64,000 nt of DNA, from assembly GCA_964016885.1 (NCBI GenBank), contig OZ024743.1, positions 33,542,001 to 33,606,000 on the forward strand, written 5' to 3'. Source of the stretch: Eledone cirrhosa (taxonomy: Eukaryota). The notes below the pieces were generated by a model. The model worked only from the letters and a program-made list of their open reading frames with translations, was not told where the DNA came from and did not search any database. This document shows, one piece after another, positions 13,791 through 27,835 of this stretch (position 1 is its first letter; each line of letters starts with the position of its first letter). The translations under genes and the position numbers were made by a program.

Positions 13791-16700
13791 AATATTGTCT
13801 TATCGATTCTTGTATATGACTGGCATAGCTATAAATGTAGCTTATCAAAATTTTTGAACGCGCACGCGTGTGTAATTACATGTATTTGTGCATAAATATA
13901 TTTGTCTATGCCTCTGTATACAATTTATATTTCTGAATATCTGTTTGTTTCATTAAAGAGGGCCTGTATTAGACTTTATTAGTTTATTACAGATTTAACT
14001 TATGAACCCAAAAAGGAAAATTAAAATAGTGATCTATGCTGAGAAGCATGATTGAACTATATGAATAACATTTATAGAACCTAATGCATCTATCTTGACT
14101 TAATGAGCTCTTAACTATATTTCTGTGACATATACTGAAAGCTGACCAACATTAGGAAACTATGAAATGCTTTCTTCGCTACTTCAAAGGTTTAATCGAA
14201 GACATTTCGTGAAATATTTATCAATGCAGTGATCTCTGTTAATATTTTCTGTATATTTATTGAAACTATTTACCACATTGTGCACTTTAATAGATATCTA
14301 ATTCAGAGTTGTGGATTATGTTCTATATTTCAGTTTTATGTTTCATACATAGGTAGTTGCAACTTATAAATACATGTGTAAATATACTCATACATTCATA
14401 GATTTCTTTCTAAAGTTTTCAGATCGGGATATATATTGGTTTTATTTCAATCAATGTTAGATTGGCATGTTATGATTATTATGATGCAGACTTTGGCATT
14501 GTAGAGAGGGAATCAGGAAGTTTATAAAATCAAACATTTTGTTCATAACATTACTCATATACACAGAAAAAAAAAAAATTTTATTGTCTCGATTAATATC
14601 TGCAGAGAGCAGTCTTAACCCGAAGAAGTCTATTATGAAAAGATTATCACAGATAGTTACTGTATATGTTTATGGTTTTAATTTGAATTTCCTTTCATTC
14701 CTTCCCCTCAGAATTCAATAATTATCAGACTGGGATTTTTCTTTTGATAGCTATATAGATTATGTAGTTTTTTTGTTTCATAAACTCTGTTGTTGGTTAT
14801 AACATCTATTTTTTTCCATCCCCAACACTATTTCTTTATATCATATTTTCTTTACTCTATCTCAGGTCTGCCCAATTTTATCAGATTCTGACAATCCACT
14901 TGCATTCTTACTGTGTAGGGAAACTGCCCTATGTTCTACAATACAAAACTATTTGTTTTAAAATGTTTATATTTATCTAAAAATCTTCCATCGTTATTTT
15001 TATGTAAGAACCTTTGTTCTGTTCTAAACATCAATTTAATGAGGAGAAAAGCTAGTTATTTCAAATTGGGGAAGGGGAGGGGAGATGAATATGAATTGTT
15101 GAGGGATTTTAACAATTTCATTGCCATATTTTCAAATATAGCAACAAAATGGTCGAAAATCCTCAACAATTCAGATTTGTTTTATTGATTTGAAATAGAT
15201 GTTATTTCTTTCTTTCATTGTATCAAAACTTTGAGCTCATGGATCTTTACAAATAATAAAACTGATGGAAAGGAAATAATGTGGAAAAACCATGCTGTGA
15301 AGGTTTCACATTATTTTGACAGCAGTTCATTAAATTCATATTTTTTAATCAATAAAATGCCCAGTAGGTACCTTAGGAGCAGAAGCATAGTAAGCAGTTT
15401 ACCCCTCCCCCCGTAACTGTTGATTAAGTGGAGGGGTATCAAAAATGTTTGCATCTGGGTACTGAGAGTCCTTGCTATTTCACTGCTTAGGGTAAAGTAC
15501 ATTATTAAAGATATTTGTACCCGGCTGTTTATCTAAACTCTCAACATTTTCTTATTTACACAATGCTTCCAAAGAGTTTCCTCAAAATTGTACTGACTAC
15601 ACTCTAATGAGATGCAAAGGGAAACATTAATCAATTTTGCAAGCCATAACAACACTGAAGCAAAGATGAATTGAGTGTTGAACTCATGGCAAAATCATGA
15701 ACTGTGAGAAATCAACAGGAAAGAAATCATGTCTTCAAAGTATTTTGTCCTAAGTACTTATTGGACATGTTTGTCAACCAATAAATAGGAATTAAATGAA
15801 CTGCTGTCTACATGAGGCTAGATTTCAACACAGTTCTATCCTCTTTATATCTTTGCTTAATGATCTGCGTGATAAACAAATTAATGTCACCTATTTAAAA
15901 TAAAATCTAAAATATTGATGATTCCTAAACCCATTGAATTTTTTAAATCCACACAAGGCTTCTAAAAAGTTTCTTTAAAACCCAAATAAATTTTTACTGA
16001 TTTTCTGAAGATTTTTACAGGCAGTGAACTGGCAGTCATTACGGTATTAGATTAAATGCATCAGTATTTATTCTGGAAGTATTTTGTTTGGCTTGATCTT
16101 TTGTTTAGAAATTATACAGAAACGTAAGGGTGGTGGATTAACAGTATCGGTAAAGTGTCGGACATGATTATTGGCATTGAGTTATGTCCCTTTATGTCCT
16201 GAAGTTAGCTTTGCCTTTCATCCTTAAAAAGTTGATTAGAATAATTTAAAGAATAAATAACTACACTGTGTGTCCGTGAAAACACATATAAACTAGAAAC
16301 CAAACACCCGCTGTCACTGCCTCTGTCCCTTCAATGATGAGTATCTCAGTTTGTTTAGAACAACTGATAATGTAGCGATATCTCCTCATTTGGACATGAC
16401 TACTTTATGAATATAATATTATACAAGATATGATAAATTATTTACTTTATTACTGCTTGTGTTGCACTTTTTTTTATATTACTGCCATAGTATATACTCT
16501 TATTTAGATGAAATAATGTAAATCAGGAACTGAATATTTGGTTATTTCTGAAACATATTGTAGCTAAAAGTACATTTCGTTTAAGTCTCTATGCTTTGAA
16601 TATTTGATGCAGATTAATTTTGTTGAATGTATTTCAAGATTATTTTCTGTTTTGATATTTTCTATTGACATATAAAATTGGTCAGACTTATTAATGAAAG

Positions 16701-19700
16701 CAATATTAAATTGTTCAGTTTTCTATCATGTTTTTTGAACCTTAATGCTTGGAACAGTCTAACAATGTTTGAATTAAAATAGAAATTAAAGCTGTCAGTG
16801 AGATTTAAAAAGTGATGGCAATTCTATTTAATTGAAAAAAAAGAAAAGATTTCCAATATCCATTAAACAACCCAAGAACATGTTGTTTTACATCTTATTC
16901 ACATAGAAGCTTTCTTGAGATAGTGACTGAGCACCCTACAGACACATATTACTCTTAATGTAGTCTGCTAGAAGATTCAACATAAGTGTATGAAAAAGCT
17001 GGCTCTTTGAATTACAGATGCAACTCATTTTTGTCAGCTGAGTGAACTGAAGCAATATGAATTAAAGTTTAAGGACACAACACACTGCTGGGAATTATGA
17101 GCCAAATACCCTAACCTCCCAAGCCATGTGTTTTTATGCTAGGATTATATTTCACCACATAGAGTTGAGCTTTATGACTATCAAGACATGTCATTGGTAT
17201 TTGGGTTTTCTAGTTTACTTTTATAACTCCAAAGATTTTGCTCTTAATGGCACCACTATAAAAGACTTAGTGTCAATTAACTGCATTTCCTAAGGTTTTA
17301 TTAAATGGAATTTACAAGAAGTTGTCTTTTGCTGTGTAAAGTTATTTTAAATGCATTCTTTGCATATAAATATTACGCTGGTCTGTATGTGTATATATGA
17401 TATATATATATATGTGTAAATGTTCAACCATTTTAGATGTTACATTAAAATAAAAATATGTCTAATAGCAATAAGCTACTTACTTCATATTTAATATCAC
17501 TTTCATTTCTTTGCAAGATTACATAATATACATAACCTCAGGTCAGGAATTTTGTTGACAAAATTGCACGTAAAAGAATGCTTACATTTCGCCCTTTCTG
17601 GGAAAATACTACCTTTTATCAAAGAAAAACACAGATCTTAGTGAAGCATGTTTTCTTATTTTTTTTATTTTTTGTTGTTATTGTTGTGGGGATAAATATA
17701 TTGAATAAATGGAATGAAACGGGGAATACTGACCACAATCATCCTGATGGATTTGGATTAGGTAGGATGTTTAATGGCTGTAGTCAAGTGTTTTGCTAAC
17801 AGCTGTTGCTATTACATTGTTTACCAATCTGCTGTCATGCTGCTACTTCACAGTTGAAGACAGCTATAATAAAATAGTATTTTTCATGTAAACTCATTAT
17901 TCACATCTGATGCCAAAAAAAAAAAAAAATGGCTCTATTGATTACTTTTAGAAAAAAAAAAAACCCCCAGTAAACTACTGAAACTTTTTCCGTATTGGTA
18001 GGATTTTATTTAATTTACATTGTATTATTTTTCTTTCCAATATTATTATTCAGTGGTATTATAATTCCTATTACAATATACAATGTTTATCAGTACTGTT
18101 GTGGTGTTTTATTTATAGAGTATAATCTTTGACTTCTGGTCAGTTCCTCCCAATTTTGTCTTTTGAACTGTTTCTACAACCATTTTCCATGCTAGAATGA
18201 ATAAGATGGGTGGTAGTGTTGGTGGGAGGGCAGCAGCCAGCCTACCAACTCAATATTGACTTGAATTGTTAGAAATAATTTTCATGAATGGTTACTTGTC
18301 TTAACATTAGCTACTGAACCATAAATTAGAGAAGTATCTATTTTCAGTGAAGTAGATTTGATAAAACCATAAAAAGTTATACATGGTGCAGGCATAGTTG
18401 TGTGGTTAAGAAGTTTGTGTTGCAACCACTTCATTCTGGCTTCAGTCCTGTTGCCTATCATCTATAGCTTCTGATTGATCAATGCCTTGTGAGTAAAATT
18501 TGATAAGATATATTTCTGTATGTGTTTCTGTATGTATGTTTATATATATATATAGTTTGACAAAGCAGAAATCAGTGAGATAAGAATCAAATTTGAAAGA
18601 AAAAAAAATTACTAGGTTCATATCAACTAAATCTAGGTAGTGCCCCAGCATAGCTACGATTTAATGACTGAAATGAGTAAAATAATAAAAAAAATGTAAA
18701 AAATATGATTAAAAAACCGGTAAAACCTCTGGACTTAAGGCAATCTATCGGAGAAGCATTTAAATCAGTATGCATAACAATACTCTCTTTATTCCACTGA
18801 TAATTTGGTAAGCAGAAACTGTTAGAAATTCATTGAAAGAGAGAGAGAGAAAGTGCGTGCGTGAGTGTGTCCATGTCTATGTTTATCTCCTTTAACTTAG
18901 CAGTTCAACAAATAGAGATCAATAAAATATGTACCAGACATAGAAAAATATAAGCTGGAGTTGATATGATCAGCTAAGTCCATGACTAAAATCGGTAAAA
19001 GAGTGATTTATAGGAACATTAATGAGTATAGTTAGTTGGTTGCTTACATAAATTTCTTACATTAATTACAAAGATACAACTAGTAAGATAGAACAGAATT
19101 CAATTGAAATGACCACAGTATACTACTGTTGCTGGTGTTATTGACTTAATAGAGATGAAAGAGAATGAACTTCACAAGATATGTACTCAAAAGATAGATT
19201 GATAAAACTAAATACATTCCACCTCACCATCATACACTCACTAAATATTAATAATTTCACACAAAATTCCTATTATCTTGATTATTTTCTCATCATATCA
19301 ATCAGAAAAAGAGTCCTATTCCTAGTTAACCAAACACCATTAGTACACGAGTTTATCAGTACATCTGTCTATCAGTATTTAGATATAAAGTAAATAATAA
19401 TAATAATAAAAAAAATCATTATTTCTTCAATGTAGCAATGTGATAGTCCATAAGTACAAGAGTTTAGCAATGCACCAATAAAGTCGTCCTTCCAATCACC
19501 AATACATCAGTGTAGCAGTTTTCTAACATAACAATATAAAAGTCAATCAATACAGTATTTACCAATATCTTCCATTTCGTTGAAAATATGCAACGATTTT
19601 AGAATAATCAATAGAATATAATAGAAACACAAGTTTTTACTGAAATCTGAAATCCTTATCAAATTTAGAACAAGTTTTTAAATATTTATTTTGCTTTCAC

Positions 19701-19878
19701 ATATTTGAATAATTATCAAGAGATATTTTGAAATTTAAACATTTCAAAGAAATGAATTTATTACTCTTGTATGTTTTTAGCCATGACTTTTTAATGTTAG
19801 TCAACAGTGTTTGGTTTTTATATTTAACCCTTTTGATACTAAACTGTCTGGTTTTACGTTAAAAACTCTTTATTTTAA

Positions 19879-20063
19879 CCCTTTAGCATTTAAATCGGCT
19901 GTATTTGGCCAGAATTCTCTCACCTATTTCTGTTCATACTGATGTTAAGGTATTGTTCTCAAAATAAATCATATCAAAATCTCATAGATTCAGTATTATG
20001 TGAGATATAGCCTTTACTGTCAAAATGTAATAGTATATGTAGAGTAATGTAAGTGCTTAAGTG
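19879..20063 (+). mobile_element. piggyBac-like MITE family 1 nested in a family-2 MITE (19828-~20220)
   Basis: TTAA-flanked. The outer element starts TTAA|cccttttgatact and its body resumes after 20067. Confidence 0.8.
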
Positions 20064-20779
20064 TTAATGTGTTCATTTTTAAAACCATTTATTAGGTCTC
20101 AAACACCAGTTTAATAATGAGAAAGTTAGTTATATTACTTAATCTTCACCAATTTCTTGATTTTCAAAATTATTTGACAATTCTAGGTTGTGTCTACAAT
20201 GATATTGTTGTAAAAATGTTGAAATGAATATATGAGGAGATGACATGTACATTATGATCAGTTATGACCAGCTATCTGTGAATCAAGTCGAACTTCAACA
20301 AAGTAGTCTTACTTAATTTGTAATCAGAATGTATCAGGCATTGTGGCAGTTAACTTGATGCACTATTTAAATAGTACTAATGAAAACTTATTAGCTAATG
20401 CTCCATAGGGGGTGAAATAAAGTAAATAATAATGATTTCTACTATAGGCATAAGGCCAGTTATTTTGGGGGAGGGGAAAGTTGATTAAATCGACCCCAGT
20501 ACATTACTGGTGCTTTATTTTATTGACCCCGTAAATAATAATAAAAGTGCAAACAGTGTGGAGTGAGGTGAATAGAATTGTGGTATTTATATAAAAATTA
20601 TAATCTCACTTGAACTGAAGAAAGGTTGTCAGAATAAGGTATGATTATTATCAGAAATACTTCTGTTATTGTGTTGATGTAGAAATATAATTTATTATAC
20701 TTATGGGTCACAGCTATGTTTTTTGGCCAGATGTCCTTCATGGCAGTAACCCATTTATTTTTTTACAGCAAAAATATAG

Positions 20780-21160
20780 AGTGCAACATGAGTGATGAAT
20801 GTGGTGCTGCAGAGAAGTTGAAAAGAATAGAAATAAGAATGGTTTGGTGGATGAGCATAATATCTGTAAGAGAGAAGTTGACAAGAAATGAATTGCAGAG
20901 GGTAATAGGATTAAAGCCAGTGATGAATGCTTTAAAGAGAACTAGAATGAGATAGTTAGATAATATGTTGAGGAAAGATGAAAGTGACTGGATGAGAGGA
21001 GTGATGGAAATGGAAGGAGAAGACCCAGAAACATAAAGGAGGAGGAAATGAAAGGTTTGGGGTTGATGAAGGCTTATGGAGTTCAGAGGGCAAAATGGAG
21101 GAGCTTATCATGGAACACTCAAGGTTAACTCCTGCTTTAACAGAGAAAATAGCTCTAAAA
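20780..21160 (+). pseudogene. Highly decayed RTE-type LINE 3' fragment
   Basis: KLKRIEIRMVWWM...VREKLTRNEL...LKRTRMR*LDNMLRKD parallels [14 protein letters not shown]...[11 protein letters not shown]. Confidence 0.65.
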
Positions 21161-21923
21161 CACTTTTTTTATTTAAACATAATTTGTGGAGGCTAAAGGG
21201 TTATGACACAAAAACAATTAAAGACTGTGTAAATACAAGAAATAACAAGACCAAAGTGAAAAAATTGTTTGATGAAAAGATGACATGAACAAAATAATAA
21301 AGAATCACTAGTAAACATTGCGTGTCTTTCTAAGTTTTGTAACAAAGCCATGAAATGTTTGTTTAACCCATTTTACTGTGAGTTCAATTAGCTAATTTGG
21401 AGGATTGTTGGATTTGAATTGTAGTTTAACACCATATGAAATGGTGGTCTAAAATAGAGATGATTGCTAGTCAAGTATAAATATTAGTATATTTATTTTA
21501 TATTTAACAGAGAGAGAGAAAATGAGGACTTGTAGAAAAAGTAGAAAGTAGGATTTTATTGCTTTAACTTTTGATAGCAACCTTACTGAGACTGCCATTG
21601 ATTCTACAATTCAAAACTGTTCATTTTAAAGTATTTTGTTTAAATTTTATGTAAGAATTTTCTGTTATGTTCCAAACGGTAGCTTGGTAATAGAAAAATT
21701 AGTTATTTTACTTCATCCTCCAAATAATGGATTATTTTAAAAATTTACTGAAATACACAGATATTGAATGTCATATAGTCTCGCACTCTACTGAGTCCAT
21801 TTTACTGTGGCTCCATCATCATTATTTAAAGGGTTCATATTTTCATGCTGCCACCATGATTTATATCACAGGTTCTCAACCCATTTAGGCCAAACGCCTT
21901 TTGTCCCTTGAAATCATGAAACG

Positions 21924-21954
<31 letters not shown>

Positions 21955-22537
21955 ACCCTATTTTTCCATTTTTCAATATACTACTGATTTTGATATCAGT
22001 AGATTACTAAAAAATTGATTAACAATATTCAGGCAGCTGAGAGTATAAATACATTCCTTGAAAGGAAATATATAAATTTCAAAAAAAGGAACATAAATGT
22101 TCTTTTTTTTTATGAATAAGGACCAGTTGAATTTGTTATATTCCCACCAGGTGATACCAGCTATTTTGAACATTTATACAAGAGCAACTCTGTCTATCCC
22201 AAGAGTGCTCTTATCTGGAAGAAAGTGGCAATTATATCATTTCAAAGCTTTCCAATTTTCCCTTTAATGAAACGAACAGAATAAATGTTGATATCAAACT
22301 TGATGTCCCCCTGCTTTTTGAGCTTAGAGACCACGGAAGAGGGTTTTCATGACCACGCGGGAGGGTATATTTATTAATAAATGGTAAAATATATACAACA
22401 AATGAGTAATTGATTGTAGTAGATGGTTTCCAGTCCAGTCAGACTGCAACTACAAATAAAAAAATTGTTAGTTTGCTTTGTAACAATAGCATATCCAAGT
22501 TTTTGTATAAATCAACTTACTTTAACTTTGACTCATT

Positions 22538-23600
22538 TCAATTGGACCCTTGAGCTTCATGGAGTCTAGCTAACTCTTTGACGTGAGGCTGAATTTTCCT
22601 AAGATGTAGCCAGAGATCTCCACGTGTAATTACATTGTAGTGGTTGCGAGCCTTACTGTGCAGTCTGGAAACAACACCAAACCTCCTCTCGACTAAGTAT
22701 GAGCTTGCAAAAGGCAGAGCAAATCTCTTAGCCTCTGCATATAGGTGTGGAAATCAATGCTGAATTTCCTCTTGCATCCCCAAAAGGGGTTCTCCTATTT
22801 TGGGAAATCTAATTTTGATTATGTCATCTGCTTGAAGTTCAATGAATTCTTCCTGAAATTTAACGTCCAAATCGTCGACGTTAGCTATGAAAGCATCTGC
22901 TATCCACATTGGGATGTCCATCGGCAAAAGGTCGACAAACCGTTCTCTCATGTTGTCTTGTAGCGCACGGAGGTGAGTGGTATAAATTTGGAGTTGGTCA
23001 TCGCTTACAATGTTTTGAACATTGGCGACACTAGGAAAATTATAGAATTCCTGTCAACAAAGATTCCTTTCGATGGCATTCAATTTGGCCAGGAATGTTT
23101 TCACAGCATTCCTTGCTTTAAGCAAGGTGATCTTCTTCCCCTGCAAAGCCAAAATGACACTATTGCATTTATCGAAGATGTTGGTGAGGTAGGCGCAGTC
23201 TTGCCTCACATCGAGGGTTTTCTTGTACAGTTCTGTGTTGCGTCCTCACAGAAACTCAATGATAGTCGAAGAGTTCAAAGAAGTGAGTAAAGCACTTGCC
23301 CTTTGAAAGCCACCTCACTTCAGTATGAAGGAGCAACTTGACGAATTCTTCGTCATTATCTTGGCACAGTTGCTAGAAAATTCGTTCATTGAGGGAATGC
23401 CGTTTGATAAAATTGATGACATCAATGGCCACCTGCAAGGACTTGCTCAGAGGCTTGCTGAATTTCTTCGCAGCCAAGTGTTATCGATGAATGACACAAT
23501 GAACAGCAAATACAGATAGATTTTCTCTCTTCAGAAGAGTGACGAAGCCCTTATGTTGGCTGACCATTGCTCTTGCGTCGTTCGTAGCACATGAAACAAT
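22538..23600 (-). pseudogene. hAT (Buster/Charlie, ZBED8/FAM200-like) transposase C-terminal remnant with stops and frameshifts
   Basis: Minus-strand translation gives HCVIHR (CxxH), LLLHTEVRWLSKG, FQEEFIELQAD, PFASSYLVERGF, RGDLWLHL and ends AQGSN*. Confidence 0.9.
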
Positions 23601-23607
23601 GTCTGTT

Positions 23608-24042
23608 GTATGTGGTCCTAGATGTATGTATTACCTGCCTGTGTGTTGTATGTAGTCTTAGATGTATGTATTCCCTGCTTATGTATTGCATGTGGTCCCA
23701 GCTGTATGTATTTCCTGCTTGTGTGTTGTATGTGGTCCTAGATGTGTGTATTACCTCCTTATGTGTTGTATGTGGTCCTAGATGTATGTATTACCTGATT
23801 GTGTTGTATGTGGTCCTAGATGTTTGTATTACCTGCTTATGTGTTGTATGTGGTCCTAGATGTATGTATTTCCTGCCTGTGTTTTATGTCATCCTAGATG
23901 TGTGTGTGCTACCTCCTTATGTGTTGCATGTGGTCCTAGATGTGTGTATTACCTGCTTATGTGTTGTATGTGGTCTTAGATGCGTGTATTACTTGCTTAT
24001 GTGTTGTATGTGGTCTTAGATGTGTGTGCTACCCGCTTCTGT
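23608..24042. repeat. ~39-40-bp minisatellite (tgtgttgtatgtggtcctagatgtatgtattacctgctta), about 11 units, inside the hAT element
   Basis: Directly visible tandem units. Confidence 0.93.
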
Positions 24043-25466
24043 GTTTTCTTTTTTTTATTTGTAATATTATTTATACAATAGGGAATAAAGTAGATCTACA
24101 TAGTGTTAATTCATTACGGTTGATTCAATAATTTCAGACATGAAATAGATTGTTATCGGTGAAGGAAAGATAAGATTCTAACTGGCTGCGCTCAAAGTGT
24201 CCTTGACTCAGACGACTGGGTTTTTTCATTTTTAGGATCTCAATTACCAGTTAATGTATAGGCAAGCCTGCACAGCTGCGGTCAGACTATAGTTATGTCT
24301 GCAAGCTCATTCAAATGCATTCACACTGGCTGTCTCAAAGACATACAAATATGGCTTATAAAACTTACCAAAGTAAAGAGTTCTCCCCCCCCCCCCTCAA
24401 GCTCCAAACCCCCCCCCCCCCCCCTCCCCCTCCAACGCGACCTTGCTCCCGAACGCCCACCTGGAGTTCCGAAACGCCCCCCCGGGGGGGGGGGGGGGGG
24501 GTGCATATGCCTCTCATTGAGAACCTTTGATTTAGATCACTGGTTATCAAAGTAGATGCTATATCCAGGACTACATTATCAAATAAGTCCTTCATTTTGT
24601 AAGATGGTATGGTGTAATTTAGAAAACTGGGCCACTATTTCCAGCAAGTTGAGTGACCATGTATAGTCTCTCTTGCTGGCATTTATTTTTCTGAATAGCT
24701 CCAACTTATTTCAACCTTTCTTACAAGTACTTTTTTTTATCTCTTATAATCATATTCACTACATACTTCCTGAACCTTTGCTTTTTTGTTAAGAACACTT
24801 AGCTGTTGTCAACTCTATTTTAGTTCTATATTCTCATTTCTTTGTCTTTCTCTGTTCACATATAAATCTACTCACACTTCAGTAGTTAACCTACTAACAG
24901 AAAGATGTCTTGTTGATTTCATTTGCTCCATCAGTGTTTTCTTTTTGATTGTCTTTTTCTGCTATGAATGATGTTGCTCTAGTTGTCGGATCCATCCGAA
25001 TGGTGGTAAATAACCAGTTTGCTAGATTGCTTTCTCTATATAAAGTAATTCATATCACAAAAGTGTAGGACATTTGCATCTATTTTATATATTTTGTGCA
25101 CGCGTGCGCGTAATAGTCATAGCATCCATACACAAAAGCCTATTTATGTTGGTATTTCATTTCACTGCTGTAGAATTCCCATACTATGACTGTTGAGCAG
25201 TTAATTATCTTGTACACATAAAATTACATAGGAATTATGACAATAATTTTTAGTTGTAATTAATAATTGTGATTCTCATAAAGGTAGTGGCTTCTTTTGA
25301 TTTCTTTGGAAGTTTTTCCCTTTGTTATTAATTATATTTTAACATCACATATTAGTAAGCAAATCAGTTTTAAATTTTTAATAAACTTGAAGTAAAATTT
25401 TATGCACAAATTACATGAAAATTGTAATGTAATCTACTTACACATTTGAGGAATATATAAATGTGT

Positions 25467-25623
25467 CTGTAACTGGCCACTCATACTGATATTAAGGTAT
25501 TGTTCTGAAAATAAATAACATAAAAATCTCATAGATTTAATATTATGCGAGATAATTATGTAAGATAAAGTCTTGACCACAAAAATACAATAGTATATAT
25601 AGAGTAATGTAAATGCTAGAGGG
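25467..25623 (+). mobile_element. MITE family 1, left end missing
   Basis: Internal sequence and right TIR match 5574-5755. Confidence 0.78.
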
Positions 25624-26599
25624 ATGAAAGTGGATGGGAAGACTAAGAAAGACGGCCAAAAATGATGGAGGTGGAAATAAAAGCCAGGGGTTTAGTGAAG
25701 GAGTATTCAAACAATAGGGGAAAAAGCAGAAGCATGTGTCTCCCCCCCTCCGGTAGGCTAACTCCAGATGGCTTTAAAAACACTTATAGATATTGCTAAG
25801 GATCAAATGTTTAACCTTTCTTCCCAAAGTGTGTACATTATTTTTTCTTTGAGTAAAATAGAAAATATATTATCCTGAGTAGGTCTTTTGAATCAGGGAT
25901 TTATCTCAGTGAATGTTCTTGAAGCTACAGAATGTCTTTGAAATAACATTTCACTAGAACGTTCATTTATTATAAGTGGGCTATTTCATATTATGTTGCT
26001 ATTTATATTTGTTTAATGAACATTGCTTTTATTTATATCATGAAATATCTCAGATATTGGTAGCTAGTTGCTGGGCTGGCAAAAGCAGCAAACTAAATAC
26101 CTCTTGAAGTAATTTTGAATATAAAGAATAAATTTCTATTTTCAAAACAAAATATGTATTTCTTTTGAAATAATACTTTGTTTAGTATCCTTGTTTCACA
26201 AATATTTTTTAATGCAAGTTATTTTCATTTGGTTTCTTTCTTCGAAGGCCATGAAGAAATATTATTGTAGCAAGAATTAGACTTGTCAAATCTTCTTGTT
26301 TCAAGATATATACCACACAAACATTCCATTTTTCCAGCAAAAATAGCAATTAGTCCTTTTTGAGGCAATGTTTTACAGTGTTTTTTGGTTCTAACCCTGT
26401 TAATCACTCATTACAACATGCAGGGATATGGTGTACCTATTCTAAATCAGATATGCACAATATATATTACACTGTTTTGAAATCTGAAACATTATGCTTA
26501 TCATTATACATGCATACATGCACACACACGTATGCACACACATTAGAAATACAGATTGAATTAGAAACCTTATATATGAAGTGCTTTCTCATAATGTTT

Positions 26600-27000
26600 T
26601 CACCCAGTCCATCCTGTAAAGTAGTTGTGATCAGATGATAACGAGGCTACCAGTCCACCCTGTAAGGCGATTGTGCTGGTGACATGTCAGAAAGGGCCCA
26701 GTCCAGTCTGTAAGGTGGTCGTGCTAGTGACATAATAAAAAGTGCTCAATCCCCCTATAAAGTGGCTATGCTTGTGACATGGTAAGTCCACCCTGTAAGA
26801 TGATTGCGCTGGTGCCACAAAAAAAAAAGAAAAAAAAAAGAAAAAGAACCAGTCCACACTGGAAAGTGGGTGGTGTTAGGGCAGGCGTCCAGTGGTAGAA
26901 ACCAAGCCAAAATGCAGATCTGTATGAGCAAGATGTGGTCATCTGACCTGACTTGACTTGTTACAAGCATGGAAAAATGGATTTTAAATGATGGTGGTGG
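26600..27000 (+). mobile_element. Old RTE-tail SINE with ~5-6 tandem ~40-60-bp modules
   Basis: Repeated ccagtccaccctgtaagg...gtgctggtgacat units followed by a degenerate tail. Confidence 0.7.
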
Positions 27001-27009
27001 CAGCGGCAG

Positions 27010-27038
<29 letters not shown>

Positions 27039-27041
<3 letters not shown>

Positions 27042-27218
27042 ATTCTGGGTTCAATCGGGGTAACCACAGTAAGTAAGGTACTCAATACATAGCAGAGTAT
27101 AAATGTTTTAATATAGAAAAGCTTCTACAGGACTAGAACTGTTTCATTCGTGAGAAATCATCATGATTTCTCACGAATGAAACAGTTCTAGTCCTGTAGA
27201 AGCTTTTCTATATTAAAA
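27039..27218. mobile_element. Penelope-like fold-back insert in (TA)n with partial hammerhead core
   Basis: Perfect 55-bp inverted repeat at 27106-27218 containing TGATGA-tttctcacgaat-GAAA-cagttcta-GTC. Homologous to 29393-29470 and 38965-39136. Confidence 0.65.
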
Positions 27219-27233
27219 TATATATATATATAT

Positions 27234-27415
27234 AATTGGTCATTTTGGAAGCCTCAACAATGCAGATGGGTAAATCTCCGGGTAACAGAATCGGGTGGTA
27301 ATGAGAGAGAGATGTAGGAGGAAATGTAGAATGAGACATCTCGCTCATTACCACCTGATTCTGTTAACCGGAGATTTACCCATCTGCATTGTTGAAGCTT
27401 CCAAAACGACCAATT
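27234..27415. repeat. Fold-back with ~72-bp inverted arms, embedded in (TA)n
   Basis: 27234-27305 versus 27344-27415, with few mismatches. Confidence 0.88.
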
Positions 27416-27470
27416 TTATTATTCCACAATGCTTCAAGCAAACTTCAACACTCTCATATATATATATATA

Positions 27471-27835
27471 GCTTAGTGGTTAGAGCATTGGCCTTGCAAT
27501 TGAAAGGTTGTGAGTTCAATTCTCAGACTGGGTGATGTGTTGTTTCCTTGAGCAAGACACTCTATTTCACATTGCTCCAGTTTACTCAGCTGTAGAAATG
27601 AGATGATAGGGACTGGGGTCCATATCATTCCACTGCATAGTGGTTGTGGAGGTGCCACGGCAAAAAAGTACCCAGCTCAAACTGTAAAGTGGACGTGTAG
27701 GCGCCATTGCAAACTGTAAATGAGGTTGGTGTTAGGAAGGGCATCCAGCTGTAGAAATCAAGCCAGAATCAGTTCCCGTCCCACCCTTGCAAGCAGGGAA
27801 AAGCGGACGTAAAATGATGATGATGATGATGATGA
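27471..27835 (+). mobile_element. SINE family A
   Basis: Near-identical to 1800-2146 and 37791-38123. (TA)n on both sides. Confidence 0.9.

Larger units (their letters stand above)
21867..24529 (-). mobile_element. hAT DNA transposon, Buster/Charlie type, internally deleted and decayed
   Basis: TIRs cacaggttctcaa / ttgagaacctttg (12/13 match). Flanking 8-mers atttatat / atttagat (7/8, central TA as in Buster-type TSDs). Subterminal aaacgcc repeats at both ends. Internal transposase remnant. Confidence 0.88.

Noticed and set aside
13858-13872. CpG-rich cgcgcacgcgtg motif, also inverted at ~25098-25111
   Set aside because: Explicable as a (CA)/(CG) microsatellite derivative, with no evidence for a regulatory role.
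23608-24042. Regular ~40-bp repeat as a possible CRISPR array
   Set aside because: Head-to-tail units with no unique spacers, no cas genes, eukaryotic context.
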